From contig JAPEUD010000016.1 in the NCBI GenBank assembly GCA_026026165.1, forward strand, positions 124,001 through 188,000: 64,000 nt of DNA, written 5' to 3'. The notes below the pieces were generated by a model. That model was not told where the DNA came from and searched no databases. It saw nothing but the letters and a program-made list of their open reading frames with translations. Source of the DNA: Sarea resinae (taxonomy: Eukaryota). Each line of letters opens with the position of its first letter. Within the stretch, counting starts at the first letter, position 1. Below, piece by piece: positions 37,400-50,767 of the stretch. The position numbers were made by a program, and so were the translations under genes.

Positions 37400-37970
37400 A
37401 CTGACTGAATGACTGTCCGGCGGGTTGGGAGGGGCGCAGGGCAGGGGCGCAGGGCAGGGGGACAGGGGAGGGAGGGAGGAAGGGGGGGATCTTGTGAGGC
37501 TTCTGGAGCTTTGTGTATATTGTGTGATGTATATTGTGTGACGTGTGATGTGTGATGTGTGATGGAGTCGATGGGCCTGACTAGGTAGGGTATTGTGGTA
37601 TAGGTAGGGGAGGAGAGGTGGGGTAAGGTAAGGTAAGGTAGGGCAGGTAGGTAGGTAGAGCTCTAGCGGTTTTTTGTAGGAGGATAGGGCTTAATGGTGT
37701 TGTAGGGATGGGTGGGTAGAAGTGTGGTGGCTTTTGTTGGAGGGAGGGTAGGGCAGGATAGGGATTTAAGAGTATTATAGGGATGAGTAGAGTACAATGG
37801 GTCTCGGGATGGGTAGGATAGGGGGGGGTCTTTTCTTTCGAGGTTGCGTGTTGTGGGTTAGGTGTTGTGGGTTGTCGACTGCAGACCAGAGACCAGAGAC
37901 CAGAGATTAGAGACTGGAGATTAGAGACTGGAGATTAGAGATTAGAGATTGGGGACTAGAGACTAGATTC
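37400..37970. repeat. Low-complexity / simple-repeat tract (GGGCAG, TGTGA, GGTAA/GGTA, GAGATTAGAGACT units)
   Basis: Short tandem units are directly visible downstream of FAS2. Confidence 0.7.
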
Positions 37971-40900
37971 CATGTGTCTTTTCAACACTGCAGGATAGGC
38001 TCTACCGTCATGATAAGAAAAAATACCCAGGATAGCCCAGATTTCCGTAGATGTTAGTAAATTTTCGTAGATTTTTGTAGTTAAGAACCCGTGGACTACG
38101 TGCGTGTGTAATCATTTTCGTCATTGTAGATATGTAATAATTACAGCAGAGTAGACAGAGCGTGCTGCTGGTTGAGATGATGAGAGAGGTGAGCAGGTGG
38201 TTTGATAGATATTTCCTACCCTATAGGATAAGCATCAAGTCGGTCTTGGGTCTATGGATATCAGGAATTTTAACTTGGAAGTTTGGCCTATCTATTAATG
38301 TTGTTACGGGTCGGATAATAGTGGGTGTTAAAGCTAGAACGACGGGCTCGTTTCTTGATAGAGGTTACAGAGTGTGATTTCTGCTAAGAAGGGAGATTTG
38401 GGTTGTGGGATGGGCTTCAATGCCGATAGTGTAGGGAAGAAAGCTGTGAGATAAAGGAGGATATCGCGGAGGATATCCGAGTTCTGCCCCGAGAGAAGAA
38501 AAAGAAAGACAAAGGGTAAGCCAACAAGCATAGCTACTTGTACACAGCTACCCTTTCTCCCTACTCCCTCCCTACTCTCCACCTTCGTCTCCGTGAAATA
38601 CCCGGCCACATTCACCCCCCCTTCCCCCTCGGGCGATGCGATATCCCTGTTTCGAACAAAAATCGTCGAACGTCTCAGACCGACTCGTCGCGTCTCCCGG
38701 CGCTGGTGTTTTGTACTGTTTACGCCGTCCAGAGCTCTGGTTGGCTGGGTCGAGGCGGAGGTAAATAGATGGATAAGGAGACGCGTCACGTTGATAAGGG
38801 TATGGTCGTCGCGTTGTGGCGGAGTGAATCGAATGAACGAAGTGATGTGATGGGTGGGATAAGATGACATAGGTGGGTAGGTGTGAATGGACTCGTTTGG
38901 ATAGTATAAGTATGCACCTTATATCAGGAGTGTATGTTGTTATATCCATGATTCACAGCTAAGTTACATGACATTGAGCCTGGCGATAAGGAGCTTCGGC
39001 CTCGCTGGATATGACTTGAGACAGAGCGAATCATGCTCGAGCGCCTCCCCTAGCAGACCCAGCGTATGCTCCTGACAGCCGTTGAGCATCTAGGGCACCA
39101 GCGCAGAAGAGACAATCGAGCCGTGTCTGTGTATCTTTAGAATCACCTTGCTTTTGTCTTGGCCGTGGAAGGTGGCGTTCAATGACAGAACCTCCTTGCC
39201 TCAGCGTACTCACTTGGTAATGCGCTCTCAGAGTTTAGCTCCTGTATCACTTGTCCGCGGATGCTTGATGTAAGCGCCTTCGTTGCTTACTTTGATAACT
39301 AGACGTGTTCGCGCCAACGAACGGCCATCTACCAGTCTCTTCGCCGAGACTCGTATCTTTGGATCAGAAGCATCGTGCATCTTGGGATATAGCAGCGCAA
39401 GGGCCATGAGTGCGCCAGAGGAGCACAAATACGCTAATGCTCAGAGAAGGGCGTACAGATGGCTGCTGACAGATGCACAGGGCATCATATACCTTGTAAA
39501 TAGACCTATCTGTCACATACGGCCATAGGTTGTGGAATATAGAGGATCCCGTCCGCTCTCCTGTACTCAAACCACAAACCGGCGGATTAGTAGTTGGGTC
39601 GGTGACGACCAGCGAATACCCGCTGCTGTATGTTTTTTGCATCTTGTTTTTGATCTGGCGAACTAGTACAGCACAATAGTCTCGGCTGTGCTGAGTCATT
39701 ACAGGTCCAGATTGGCGATAAAAGTCTGAAATAGGCTTGGATAATGCCGCAAGTCCCGAGTAGCTCCTTTTCAGAGGACTATAAAGCTAGGGGAGCCGGA
39801 TGAGAGAAGCCAAATTTCATCGAGGCAACAGGGGAGGCGTCGACTTGGCTGAGAAAGAAAAGATCCGACTCGGGAAGCGCAGATTATCAAAGCAGGTCAT
39901 CCTGTACTCAACTGACCAGAGTCAGGGCTTTATGTACCAAGTAGAGCAGTAGATGACGCTTTGAGCATACTCCGAGTAGTCCGAACCTGATGTTAGTCGG
40001 CCAGTGACGCTCGCATTAATGGATATGGAAGTTCCGGTCTGGTCCGTAGTATCAGTAGTAGCATTAAATCATGGACTCGTATGAAGGCTAACGGAATAAG
40101 AGAAAGCTTTTATTGTTATCTGGGTATAGGATGAGTTGATAGAATAAGATTAACGAGATGGCTGATATGTTAAGCACGGCTTGAAGTGTTTGACCTCGGT
40201 GCTGACTGCAGTCACCGGACATGGAAGCATGACGAAGATGGCTTCAGCCCATCAAGATTCCGTCTAAGCAGCCTCAGCACGGAGCTAAGGGTTGGAAAAT
40301 AAGTTAGAAGATGACCGTTGGAAAACGGTGGAATATACCCGCCTTTTAGGCGGGGAACCGAGTAACAGCCAACGAAGATTACTGGCGAATTGCCAGGTTA
40401 TCCGTCCGTTGGGATAAGCCTCTAAGCCCTGTAAGACTTTCGGATAAATGTGACATGATTCGAAGATTTCTCGCATCTTCAGCCTTGACGCAGCGCAGAA
40501 TCCCTGGCTGGTCGGCTTCACAGTTTGAGTCGTATCAAAGGACATCATCCTACCATCTCCTCAAAAATTCCGCGGCCAGTACGAAGATCTCCCGCGGTGG
40601 CCTTGCGGATAAGAAGACATCCTGGGTGATTGACGTGTGTCACATCTTATCATTGCTTAGAAGCCAATCACCACCAGCCATAGCCTGTGTAGTTCTCCGC
40701 ACGCGAAGAAACGTGGCATACGAAGCAGGGCGGGAACCGAGGTCGAACCAGCAGACGGTGGACCCAGTTACTTTGAGTAAAGAAGCCCAACAGGGGTAAA
40801 GAGAGCTTCTCGGAGTAACCGAGGCCGCCCATATCAACGCGTCTGCGTTCGTTGAAGCATTTGAGAGTAGCTCAAGGCTGTATAGATGAATGCAAATCAC

Positions 40901-43142
40901 AGATCATTGATTGAATCTACTCGGGATTCTAAAACATCGATGCCTTTGGTAGCAAAGAGTACTGAAGTGGAATGGCACTTTACCAGTATTTGTCCGATGT
41001 CTGTGCGTGCGTAACTGCTGGTTCCGCCCAAGGACTGGGGTCGAGTACTACACAAGGTGGCTTTGCGTCTTCTTATCCATGATCATTGGAAAGATGGCCA
41101 CTCTGATGCGGCATACTGCCCTAAAGCAATCGATATCATTGATATGCTGAATTGGATGTTTCCGCTCCGAACATGCTTGTACAGTGCAAAGTCCACCTCG
41201 GACTGTCTGGGTGTCACCCAGGGCTGGATTCAGAGCCTCGCTGGGTTCTGAAGGCTTGGTGTCGAGCTTGACAAGCACCAATGAATGCTTTTAGGGAGGC
41301 AGCCCCAGAAGTTGACTGCGGCAGATCGTTTCCGACTCCGTGGCCATGGAAGCAACGGCATGAAGCGATCCCCAACGGCTGCTTCTTTTAGGCCAGGCCA
41401 TGGCCCCAACGCGAGCTAATCGCGGGAGCCAGACTCTAGTGATCAGTCACATCCACCAGTCGGGCCACTGCTGCACGCTGAAGCACACTTCAATATCACA
41501 TGCGCAAAGGTTAATTTGATGTTTCGTGTCAGGTAAGTGTGTAGTATGTTGGTAAGCCGTCTCTGGTCTTCACATCGATCAAGAAGATGACACGCAGTAT
41601 CAACGGACGTGCCCGAGCATCTTAGCATGAATCGCGTGAGGGAGCGCATAGACCAGAGCTGTGAGGATCAAGGTGATACGCGTGATGCACCAGATCCCCT
41701 AGACCCTATCCTTTCGGATTCCGTCTGGCAATGACGGGACCACTGAAGCCATTGGCCGGATAGCCAGCCAGCTGCATGAGCCAATGGTATGCTGGGATAC
41801 CATGACCAGAATGCAGTGATCAGCCAAACACGGGATCCAGGCAGAATTCATACTCCACGTTCAGCGCCTTGAACGCAATCGCGTGTCTGTGAGCCACACA
41901 GAGTCCTGTACAACTCGAAAGACTAAGCTAGAAGTCTCGAGGATTTAAGCTTATTTGAACGATCCAGTTGAGTTGTTGAAGGCATCGAGACCTCTCGAGC
42001 ATAGCAGAGACGTTCATGGTGTACATCAATGCCATCGTCCCGCTGGACTGATACTGACTGCGGGCGATGTGATGGCGAAACCGAGTCGCATTGGGCTTGT
42101 GAGGGTGCACGCATACAGACGCAGATCTAAGATTCACCAGATCACCACTGCCGTCAGACACGAGACGCGAATAGAACATCCCATCCATGTCCCTTCACTT
42201 GGAGACTAGCAGCTCGTTCGTACCTATTGGCGCTGCTCGATTAGGGCTGATGATGTACGACGCCAACGGCTCTCTTCACTCGATCGTCATGGGAGATCGA
42301 TCTTCCACTCTCCTAGCATGCGACGGCTCTTGATTGCCTCGATCTTGTTACATCAAACCCGACTGCCATGGGCGTGCTTTGGAAATCTTGGTGGCCTGCA
42401 GTGGTTTCTTCTTGAGCCAGTAGACGCGTTGCGAATTGGTCATCGAATGTGTTCGGCCGTACATTGCAAAGCAAACAGCTGTTGGATGGCAAGTGCAAGT
42501 CAGCCAACTATGCCTCTTTCCTTGCGGTGATGAGACTTTGAGATTGTTACCTGAATTATGATATCGCTCGGCGATTAATCAGAGATCTTCGCAAAACCGT
42601 TTTCAACGCCCTTGAGACGTGTACTCGCAAGATATCGCGAACACCCCGACGAAATCGCGTCCAAGCCATTGCCTCGAGGCTTGCCCCTTTCGTCTTTTTA
42701 CGGTTCGAGTGGCATAGAGGGTGCATGCTGCAAAGGTTCACGTCAAAACCGGTATGCCAAATATTCTTTTTGGCAGAGCCACATCCCGTTGCCGCCGGAC
42801 TAGCGCTTTAGCCGCATTTGCCGCAAGTTCCATTCAACGTTGAGCCTTGCCCCGTCGTTGATATCAATATGAAATTGCCTGCCAAAGCGCCGAGATGGAT
42901 GCACGGAAAGGCCCTGTTTGACGCCGCCCGACCGTGGTTGAGCTGAGATTAGGCTCCAGCGGAGGGTACCCAGAGTGGCGGAATTGTCCTTTCTGACGAA
43001 GCGACGCGGATCTCACACAACCTCAGAATATCAATTGCATGGATGAAGGGGATGGTTCATTCTGGCGCAGTCGGTTCGAATCATTTTACGCGTTTTTGAT
43101 CCGGAGTGCAAATGACTTGATGTTTCGGCTGCGTCGGAGCAT

Positions 43143-43174
43143 GAGTGAGTGAGTGAGTGAGTGAGTGAGTGAGT
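43143..43174. repeat. (GAGT)n microsatellite
   Basis: About 8 tandem GAGT units. Confidence 0.9.
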
Positions 43175-44489
43175 GGGCTAGTGACGGAGCCAATTGATGC
43201 CGGTAGGTGATGGCCAGATCCATGGATGCAGGCCTGCAGTTCTGCAGGCCTCGGAAGCCACCTCTCTAGGCTCGACGGTGAAGAATCGGTGTCGCTGATG
43301 GCTGGATGCCTTCTCGCCGCTTCGTCTCGATCGTCTTCACTCTACATACTGACTACTATCTCCTGCCCACCGCCCACTGCCCTGCCCACCTCGACAAGGT
43401 ATCTGACGGGAGACCGTGGGCGTGGTGATGTAACTTGCATGAAGCCAAAGCACAAGAAGCACAGGAAGCTCAAGGCCGCATCCCCAGGGCTAGACCCGCA
43501 TCACAATGTGGCTTTGGACTCCCATCGTCCTGGTGGGGGCGTACCCGGGCGACCTGGTGCTCTTTGACTCTGTCACTTTGTCACCCCCCGTGCCCTCTAA
43601 CGTTGTGTCTGTCACATTTCGAATGAGCTCTGGCGGCATCTGCAAGGTAAATACGCTCTGCTGCACTCCCCGTCGTCTCGTTTGTCCGTGAGACTGGATC
43701 GGATCATCCATGATTGATGCAGCAGAGGAATCACATCCCACCTGCCCCGATCAGGGAACCCCATCAGCCAACAGCTGGATCGTGGATGAGGCGTCCTCCC
43801 AACCAGCCCTGGCATCGATGCCGTACGGATGTCAATCCTGTCATGTCTAGCCTAGCTGCAGTCATATCAAGCAGTGTGGGCGCTTTCATCCCTGCTCGTC
43901 ACTCTGCCATTTGCCCCATTTGCCCAATGCTTCCCACCCCTTATGCCCTGCCCCTCCCACTTCCCACTTTCCCGTCGTTGCGTCTTCTCGCGTGAACTGT
44001 GAGGGTGAGGCACACTCCCAAACCATCATTTGCATATCCTTGGCTTCACCCTTTGGATCTTTGAGATCACAATTCGACTCATCTTGTCAAGGCCCACAGC
44101 CATCCATCGCCCTCGAAAAGCGTTTTACTCACCTGCCAGGCGAGGACGATTGATAAGCCGATCGATGGGCTCTGAGCTTGCTCGACGCACCGGGTGAGAG
44201 ACCGTCGATCGATCACCATCATGACTCTCCTCTCTTGTCATCACATCCGATCAGCACACATTGACTCGGCCGACACACACTGCACCCCCGGATCACCACT
44301 TTCTCCATCTTCTCTCTCGCCGCCGTTACCATAACGCTCCTTTGGCGCTTCCCTTTTCTTTCCGACGCCATCGATATCATACCCATCTTCATCATCGTTC
44401 GCGGACACGACAGCTTTCTGCCACGGCGGCAGCAACTCTCAGCCTTACGCAAGCGATCTTTTGATTGTTGCATTTCCGCAACCCACAGC

Positions 44490-45462
44490 ATGAAAGACTC
44501 CCTGTCTCCCATGTCCTCACCGGGAAGACCTGGCGAGAAGCTCTTTCGGTGCAGAGCTAGGAACTGCCCGTCGCGATACAACTGTTTCGCATCGGCGGCC
44601 CAACTAGACTCCCATTACGATAATAAGCACCCCGACCGGTCCCGGAAATGTATGGTAGCTGGGTGCGAGTTTTTCGGCAGGAATCTGTCGACGGTCTCTG
44701 CAAGGAAAACACATTACAGATCTAAACACCCGGACCTTGCCGGAGAAGAGATCACTTGGTATGATTGTCCCGTTCCAGGTTGCTCATATCGAGCAAACCG
44801 GAAAGGAAACTTGGACAAGCATCTGAGTGGCCCCCATAAGATCGAGAGACCCCATCCCCCGCCACCAGCCCGCAAACGGAAACCTCGGTCGCAATCCATG
44901 TACACTGGACAAGAATTGGCAACAACACTCCAGTGAGAAGCGTCCATCTATGAGTCGAGTCACTACTGATGATGCCTCTAGCACTGCTCATCCCAGCCAA
45001 GTCTTCTACGCCACCGTTCCGACCTCCGCACCGGCCGAAAACGGCAACGTATACCCCACCAACACTGACGAGTTCGCTGGAACGGCTGGTCGTGCAGATA
45101 GCGAAGGATATTGTGGGATTGGGACATTCTCGCCGCAACGAGCTCCCTCTTCGCGATCGAGCTACAGCGAATTGCAGCCCCAACCAAATTTCAGGCCAGA
45201 CATTTCCCCGCCTCTCACCATGGCTGATTGCCCTTTGTTGTCGAATGGGCCTCTGGATCACCCCTACTTGGCCTACGCGTCGAGGTCTGACGCTGGTCCT
45301 GTATCCGAATACTACAATCTCCAGCAAAATCTCCCTTCCAGCCCTGTGTCTCTGGGCCGCACACCCACCGCTCTGGCCCTCTCATCAGAGCAATTCCAGC
45401 TACCTAGTAGTGGTCAGTCGGATGCGGCTTTCGACAACAGCCAGATGCAATCCTACTTCTGA
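44490..45462 (+). CDS. Three-finger C2H2 zinc-finger protein (putative transcription factor); 3' structure uncertain
   Basis: Fingers are FRCRARNC...HYDNKH, KCMVAGC...HYRSKH and YDCPVPGC...HLSGPH, followed by the basic RKRKPR. The finger ORF stops at 44936. A Ser/Pro-rich ORF continues in another frame to 45462. Confidence 0.7.
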
Positions 45463-45871
45463 GATGGCCTTTCTTGAGTTGGCCTTCCTCTCGGATCAGA
45501 TACTACCTTGGAAAAAGAAACACAATCTCCAACCGAAGGCATCTTCGCCGATCAGCAGAGCCAGCCTGAGACCTGTTTACTTGCTGCGAGGATCGAGGAG
45601 GGCTTGTTGCCTATAGAGCTGTATTTCAATGTCATGTACAGCGTATGGCACAGGGTCTTTGGGCGATCTATCTCGCATGCCTCTATTTCGGTCTCTATTA
45701 TTTTCCTTTTCCCTGTTTGCGCCGGTCAGGGCGTGGAAGTCCTCGTCTTCTCAAGGACGCATGTATTCCCCCTCAGGAAGGAGGCACGAGCGATGGCGGC
45801 CTAGCATGAAAGGGGTGAAGCCATTTATGACTTTCTAGTTCAAACATTGCAACGCTTGTTCAATGTTACTT

Positions 45872-46000
45872 GCTACATGGAATATCACCCGACCAGCACC
45901 GCTTATCGGGTTTTATTCGCTACATGGAATATCACTAAACCAGCACCGCTTGTCGGGTTTTACTCGCTACATCCAATATTCACTAGATCAGCGCTACTTA
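45872..46000. repeat. 47-bp tandem repeat, ~2.7 copies
   Basis: GCTACATGGAATATCAC...CCAGCACCGCTT.TCGGGTTTTA.TC units start at 45872, 45919 and 45966 (the third is degenerate). Confidence 0.85.
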
Positions 46001-46159
46001 GAACGTTACGCAAGAACGAATAGAAAAAGAAACCAAAACTATCGCTTCGAGGCGCCCAAAATATAACCATCATCATCATCGTCATCTTTATTATCAGCAA
46101 ACTATCCATCCATCTATCCATATATCCGTATCAATCAACATCAAATCCTCGCCAATAAT

Positions 46160-46373
46160 CTCTTCTTCTTCTTCTTCTTCTTCTTCAATAATGATAAGCT
46201 ATCTGCACCTAGCTACCTTGGCATTCCCGCCGTAGATCGATCGCTCGCTCGCTACAAGTACCCACCCGTACTCCGTACATACCTGACCGTAGTCCTCCGC
46301 GTACTACGAGTACTACGAGTACTACGAGTAGATTCGATCTATATACCTCACCTACCTGACAAGCACAGCAGCA

Positions 46374-46405
<32 letters not shown>

Positions 46406-47420
46406 AACTCGACCTCTTACGTAGTAGCCAAGGGAAGGGCCCGAGGGCGGGAGGCGGGTCACGAGACGAGATGACCGTGCCCCTCGTGCCCCTGGTGCCC
46501 CTGGTGCCCCTGGTGCCCCTCCTGTCCCCTCCTGTCCCCTCCCTCCCTTCCTCCTCACGTGGGAGCGAAGTGGCGTGGAGAGGGTGGGTGGGAGAGGAGA
46601 ACGTATACGTACGAAGTACGGGGCTACTAGTCGAGCTCGTGCGACGTGCGGGCGGGCGACAGGCGATGACAGGCGGGCGACAGCTGGCGGGGGCGGGCGG
46701 CAACAGGCGGGCGGTAGGGCTCGTGCCGCACGTGCCGCACATCCCGCACGTGCCGGGAGCGCCAGCGCGGAGCGCGCGCGCGACTATCGCTTAGGTTTCT
46801 GGCCGTCGGTCTGGCTGTCTGTCCGTCTCTTCTAATCTGGCAATCCGGGATTTTGGCATGGTATGTCAGGGCAAGGTATGGGCAGGGCATGGCAAAAGCT
46901 AAAAGGCAAGCCGCGGGAAAGCTAAAACCTAAAAGCTAAATGCTAAATGCTGCTCGTAAAACCACGGGAAAGCTACATCCACGGTAAAGCTAAATAAAGC
47001 TTGTGGGTTGTAGGGTTGTAGGGTTGTGCTAAACCAACCCTACCTACCTACTAACCTTACTGTACTCTACTCTACTCTAGGTACTGTGTAGAGTTAAATC
47101 TGGGGCGCTAGAGTACACTGCAGTACACTACCCGGATGTGTTTCATACCAGGGTAAGTATAGTAGTAGGTACAGTAGTTCGTACAGTAGTTCGTACATGG
47201 GGGCTGGAGGGGGCGCCGGGGGAGCTGGAGGGAGGGAGGGCGGCCGAGGTGCCTGCCTCCCTCCCTCCAGGGCTGGCTTCCTGGCTTCTTTTTCCGCTCG
47301 AACCTTTTAGCCCTGTGGTACGGCCATCTAACGTTCTGCTCGCACTTGTAAGTACCTACGTAGGTATCATAGATCTTTGAATTGGTCATGACTAGGGTAG
47401 GTAGGTAGGTAGGTAGGTAT
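46160..47420. repeat. Microsatellite/low-complexity island: (CTT)n, (CGG)n, (GTGCCCCTG)n, AAAGCTAA and (GGTA)n repeats
   Basis: Short tandem repeats are directly visible, with a GC-rich core at ~46370-46800. Confidence 0.7.
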
Positions 47421-49460
47421 GCAGGAGCTGGGGAAAACTACAACGGCCAGGAATCAATATATCAGAGTGGATACGCTAGAGAGGGAATGATGCTATTCAG
47501 GACTATCTGTTGTTGAGTATATGACTGCCTGCCTACCTACCCACGTTGAGATCCAGAGGTAGATATCTCTATACAAGACGTGACGAAACAGGAATACTCG
47601 AGTAATTCTCAGCTGCACGCTCAACGACAGAGGTTGTTTGGAAGCCGCTAGAAGCTTAGAGCCAATAGGACTCGATACTTCCAGTTAGTAATACCTTGAT
47701 GAAGGACTAGTGCAGCATCTCCGGTACTCCAGTCAGTCGGTCGGGAACCTATATCGTCCCTCCCTACCCGGTAAGTATCTGTACTCCGAGTACGCTATCC
47801 CACCCATCCATGTTCGTCTAATGTCGGTCTCTATGTGCACTCATGTTCTGTAATGACTGTCCACAGATCACCCTGTTTACGCGATTCAACGCGTGAAAAG
47901 ACCCTTGCCTTTACCATTCGCGGAATTGGGTCCTTGCTGAAGATAACTGACCGGGCAGGCTGCAGGATCGAGGGATTTTGGGGGCTCCGCGAAAAAACGA
48001 GCACGAGACGAATGAAGCGGTGAGAAATGGAGAGAATGGATAGGGCAAGGAAGGAAATGAGCGATACATGATTGAGTAATAGGACTAGCACCGTTCATGG
48101 AGCGGATCTTGAATGATTGCGCGCAAGTCGACATCCCAACCGTTCTAGGAGTATCTTAGATTCCGTCTCTTCTTCCAAATGAAGGTCGCTTAGACGTTCC
48201 CAAGAACACTGTCGACTTTGCAGATACTGTACCTGAGCTGGTAATCATCGACTAGGGGCCCTCCCGGCCTTAATCCCATGTATAGAGCGATAGTGAATGC
48301 CATGACTGCTGACGTAGTCGAGAACTGATTAGTGTATTGCCTTGGTGTATGATCGCCTGCTAGGCCTTTAGACAGTACAACAGTCGGTCGCCTGGCAGGG
48401 GTCGATAAGGTAGCGTGGCGTCAATTGTGACAGCTGCACATGGCCGGTTCGATGGCGCCAGTACCAAGTATCCCAGTTTCAAAAATTGAGGCCCACTCGA
48501 TCCGCGATATGGTTCCCAGGGAAGGAATTCTCATATGCCCATCGCACGAAGATTCGCACAGGACCCGGGCCAGAAGAGACACTGATGTCCTAGCCAACCC
48601 CGTATTGGCCAATTTGTTTAGGTCATAGGGCTCGGCCCGTCGCGATTGGTCTTCGCTTGTTGACCACCACCAGCAGATTTGTCTTTCGGCTTTCTCTCTT
48701 GATTCATGAGGCCATTGGCCTCGTTCACAAAGCATAGCTGAGCCGCACGGTGAAAAGTTCGCTGGCACCTCCGCCACCGGACCCATCATCCTTCATGGCT
48801 TGTGCCTGGAGCTAAACTTGTAGGAAGTCCTGGCCATCCTAGTCGTCATAGCTTCAATCGGTATCTGTAGGCGCCCCTCATCGTTCGCGAATCGTCGCGT
48901 TTGCGCGCCACGCAGACTGTCGAGAGAAGCATTGCGGTCCAAGACGCCGTCAGCCTCATCCAAAGCCCGCCCAAGTAGCAGCCTACGAGCAATATTGCCC
49001 GCCCGTTAGCTCCCGGCTCCGTCTCTGCTCTCAATCGGCGGCTCGGCTCCACTATTTCATTCGTCTTGCCAGTCAGCCCTCGAAGGCTGGTGACATTTAT
49101 CGCACTCATAGTTCTCTCCCTTGTTCGTTTTGCATAGCGTTGCGGAGGGGACGTAAACGAGTGCGAATAATGGCGTTGACTTTGGATATATAGCCCAACC
49201 CAGGGTGCTGGATGAACGCAATCTGTACACTGGAATCAGCTATCAGATGGGCCGCTCCAGATCAATCTAACTTGATCATCGAAGCCTTCATGTTCCAAGT
49301 TCCATAGCTTGTTGCCCATAGCCGGTCGCAATACCTCTCCTTTGCAGAGGAATCAAAAGAGTAGGTAGATGACAGGGAACGTGAGCTTTGAACCTGACAG
49401 GCTTAGGGACAATAGTCTTGTTCAATTTTCACCGACAAGCGGAATCGTATCACCGAATCA

Positions 49461-50767
49461 ATGGACCATTTGAATAGAAATGACGCAGAAGGGACGACCG
49501 CGAATCAGTCTTCTGCCTTCAATCGGATCGAGTCATCTCGGACGGCTTCCGCCAACGCGGCCGAAACGCTACAAGACACCATGCCTCCCCTCGAGAATTG
49601 CCAAGCGAGCGACAGTCGGGAGCCACTTGGACAAGACGCGACAGAAAGGAGCGGTGACGGTAGAAGCTCTACCATTGGCAAGGGAAGGAAAGTCGGAAAA
49701 GGCAAACGGCAACGAACGAGGACAACATCAACCTCTGTCATTGAGCGTCTTGCGTGTCCCTTCAACAGACACGATCCCATCTTATTCAGCGCCACGGATC
49801 CCTTTTATCGTACTTGTGCCGGCCCAGGATGGGAGGAAATGCATCGGGTCAAGTGGGTAGCGCTACTTATTCCCCTTTTGACCTTGCTGTACTAACACTG
49901 TGTCAATTGAACCAGAGAGCATATCGTCTCGAAGCATTTGCAATGTGGTAGATGCTGGCTGGACTACCAGGCATGGAGAAAGCTTCATCCTCGAAATGAC
50001 GCCCAAGGACTATCATTTTGGCTCAAGAATCACCCCTGTCACCATCATGAAATCGCAACAGATGGGATACCGTTACAAAAAATAGAAGAGTTGGGAATTG
50101 GAACGAGAGCGAGGCCCAAACCGGCAACAACAAGGGAGGAGAAGTGGACTGAGCTGTATGAGAAATTATTTCCCAACGAGGTCGTGCGGAGTCCCTGTGA
50201 GTAGCATCTACAAAATCACCCGATCGCCGGCATCAGCATGACCTAATATGTACGTTAGTCTATGAAAAGGGAGTTCTGGACCAAATCATGCGACTATCGG
50301 AGACCAGCCTCGAGCATAAAAGCGTGGATGGAGATGGATTACTCTCAGAAGCATCACGCACCTCGTATTTGGGAAGAGCAAAGAGAGTGATGATGGGCTC
50401 GCTTTCGGAAGGGAAGCAAACCATTGACCCTGCCGCACCGTTGCAACCCGTGTCGCGCGATCCGATATCAATCGGTCGCATGGAAACAGCTCCCACCTCA
50501 CATACGGCTATGAGTGGCCACGAAACCTCTATCCAAGGCCTTGGAGGAAATGCCTATACAAATATGGAACCTGTAGAGCAGTCTCAGGCGTCTACGCTGT
50601 CTGACAACACCGTCGCTGGCTCATATGTATGGCCTCTGTCAGTCGCCGCCGATGGCAATTGGGCGCACGAAGGGATTTTGAATGAGAACGATGGCAGCAT
50701 GGATGAATTCTTGGGCTGGATCGCTCAAAACGAGCAACGAGTCAACGAAATCATCAACAGTGATTAG
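49461..50767 (+). CDS. Uncharacterised C2H2-like zinc-finger protein, 'CPFNxHDP' family paralogue A; 3 exons
   Basis: Reads RLACPFNRHDP...YRTCAGPGWEEMHRVKEHIVSKHLQCGRCW...HPC...REEKWTELYEKLFPNEVVRSPF. Introns 49853-49915 and 50197-50258 give an open frame to TAG 50767. Confidence 0.8.

Noticed and set aside
39000..43000. Short ORF fragments possibly from decayed genes
   Set aside because: No family could be recognised by eye, so the region is left unannotated.
45872..46000. CRISPR-like array
   Set aside because: The units are contiguous tandem repeats without unique spacers, in a eukaryotic context with no cas genes.
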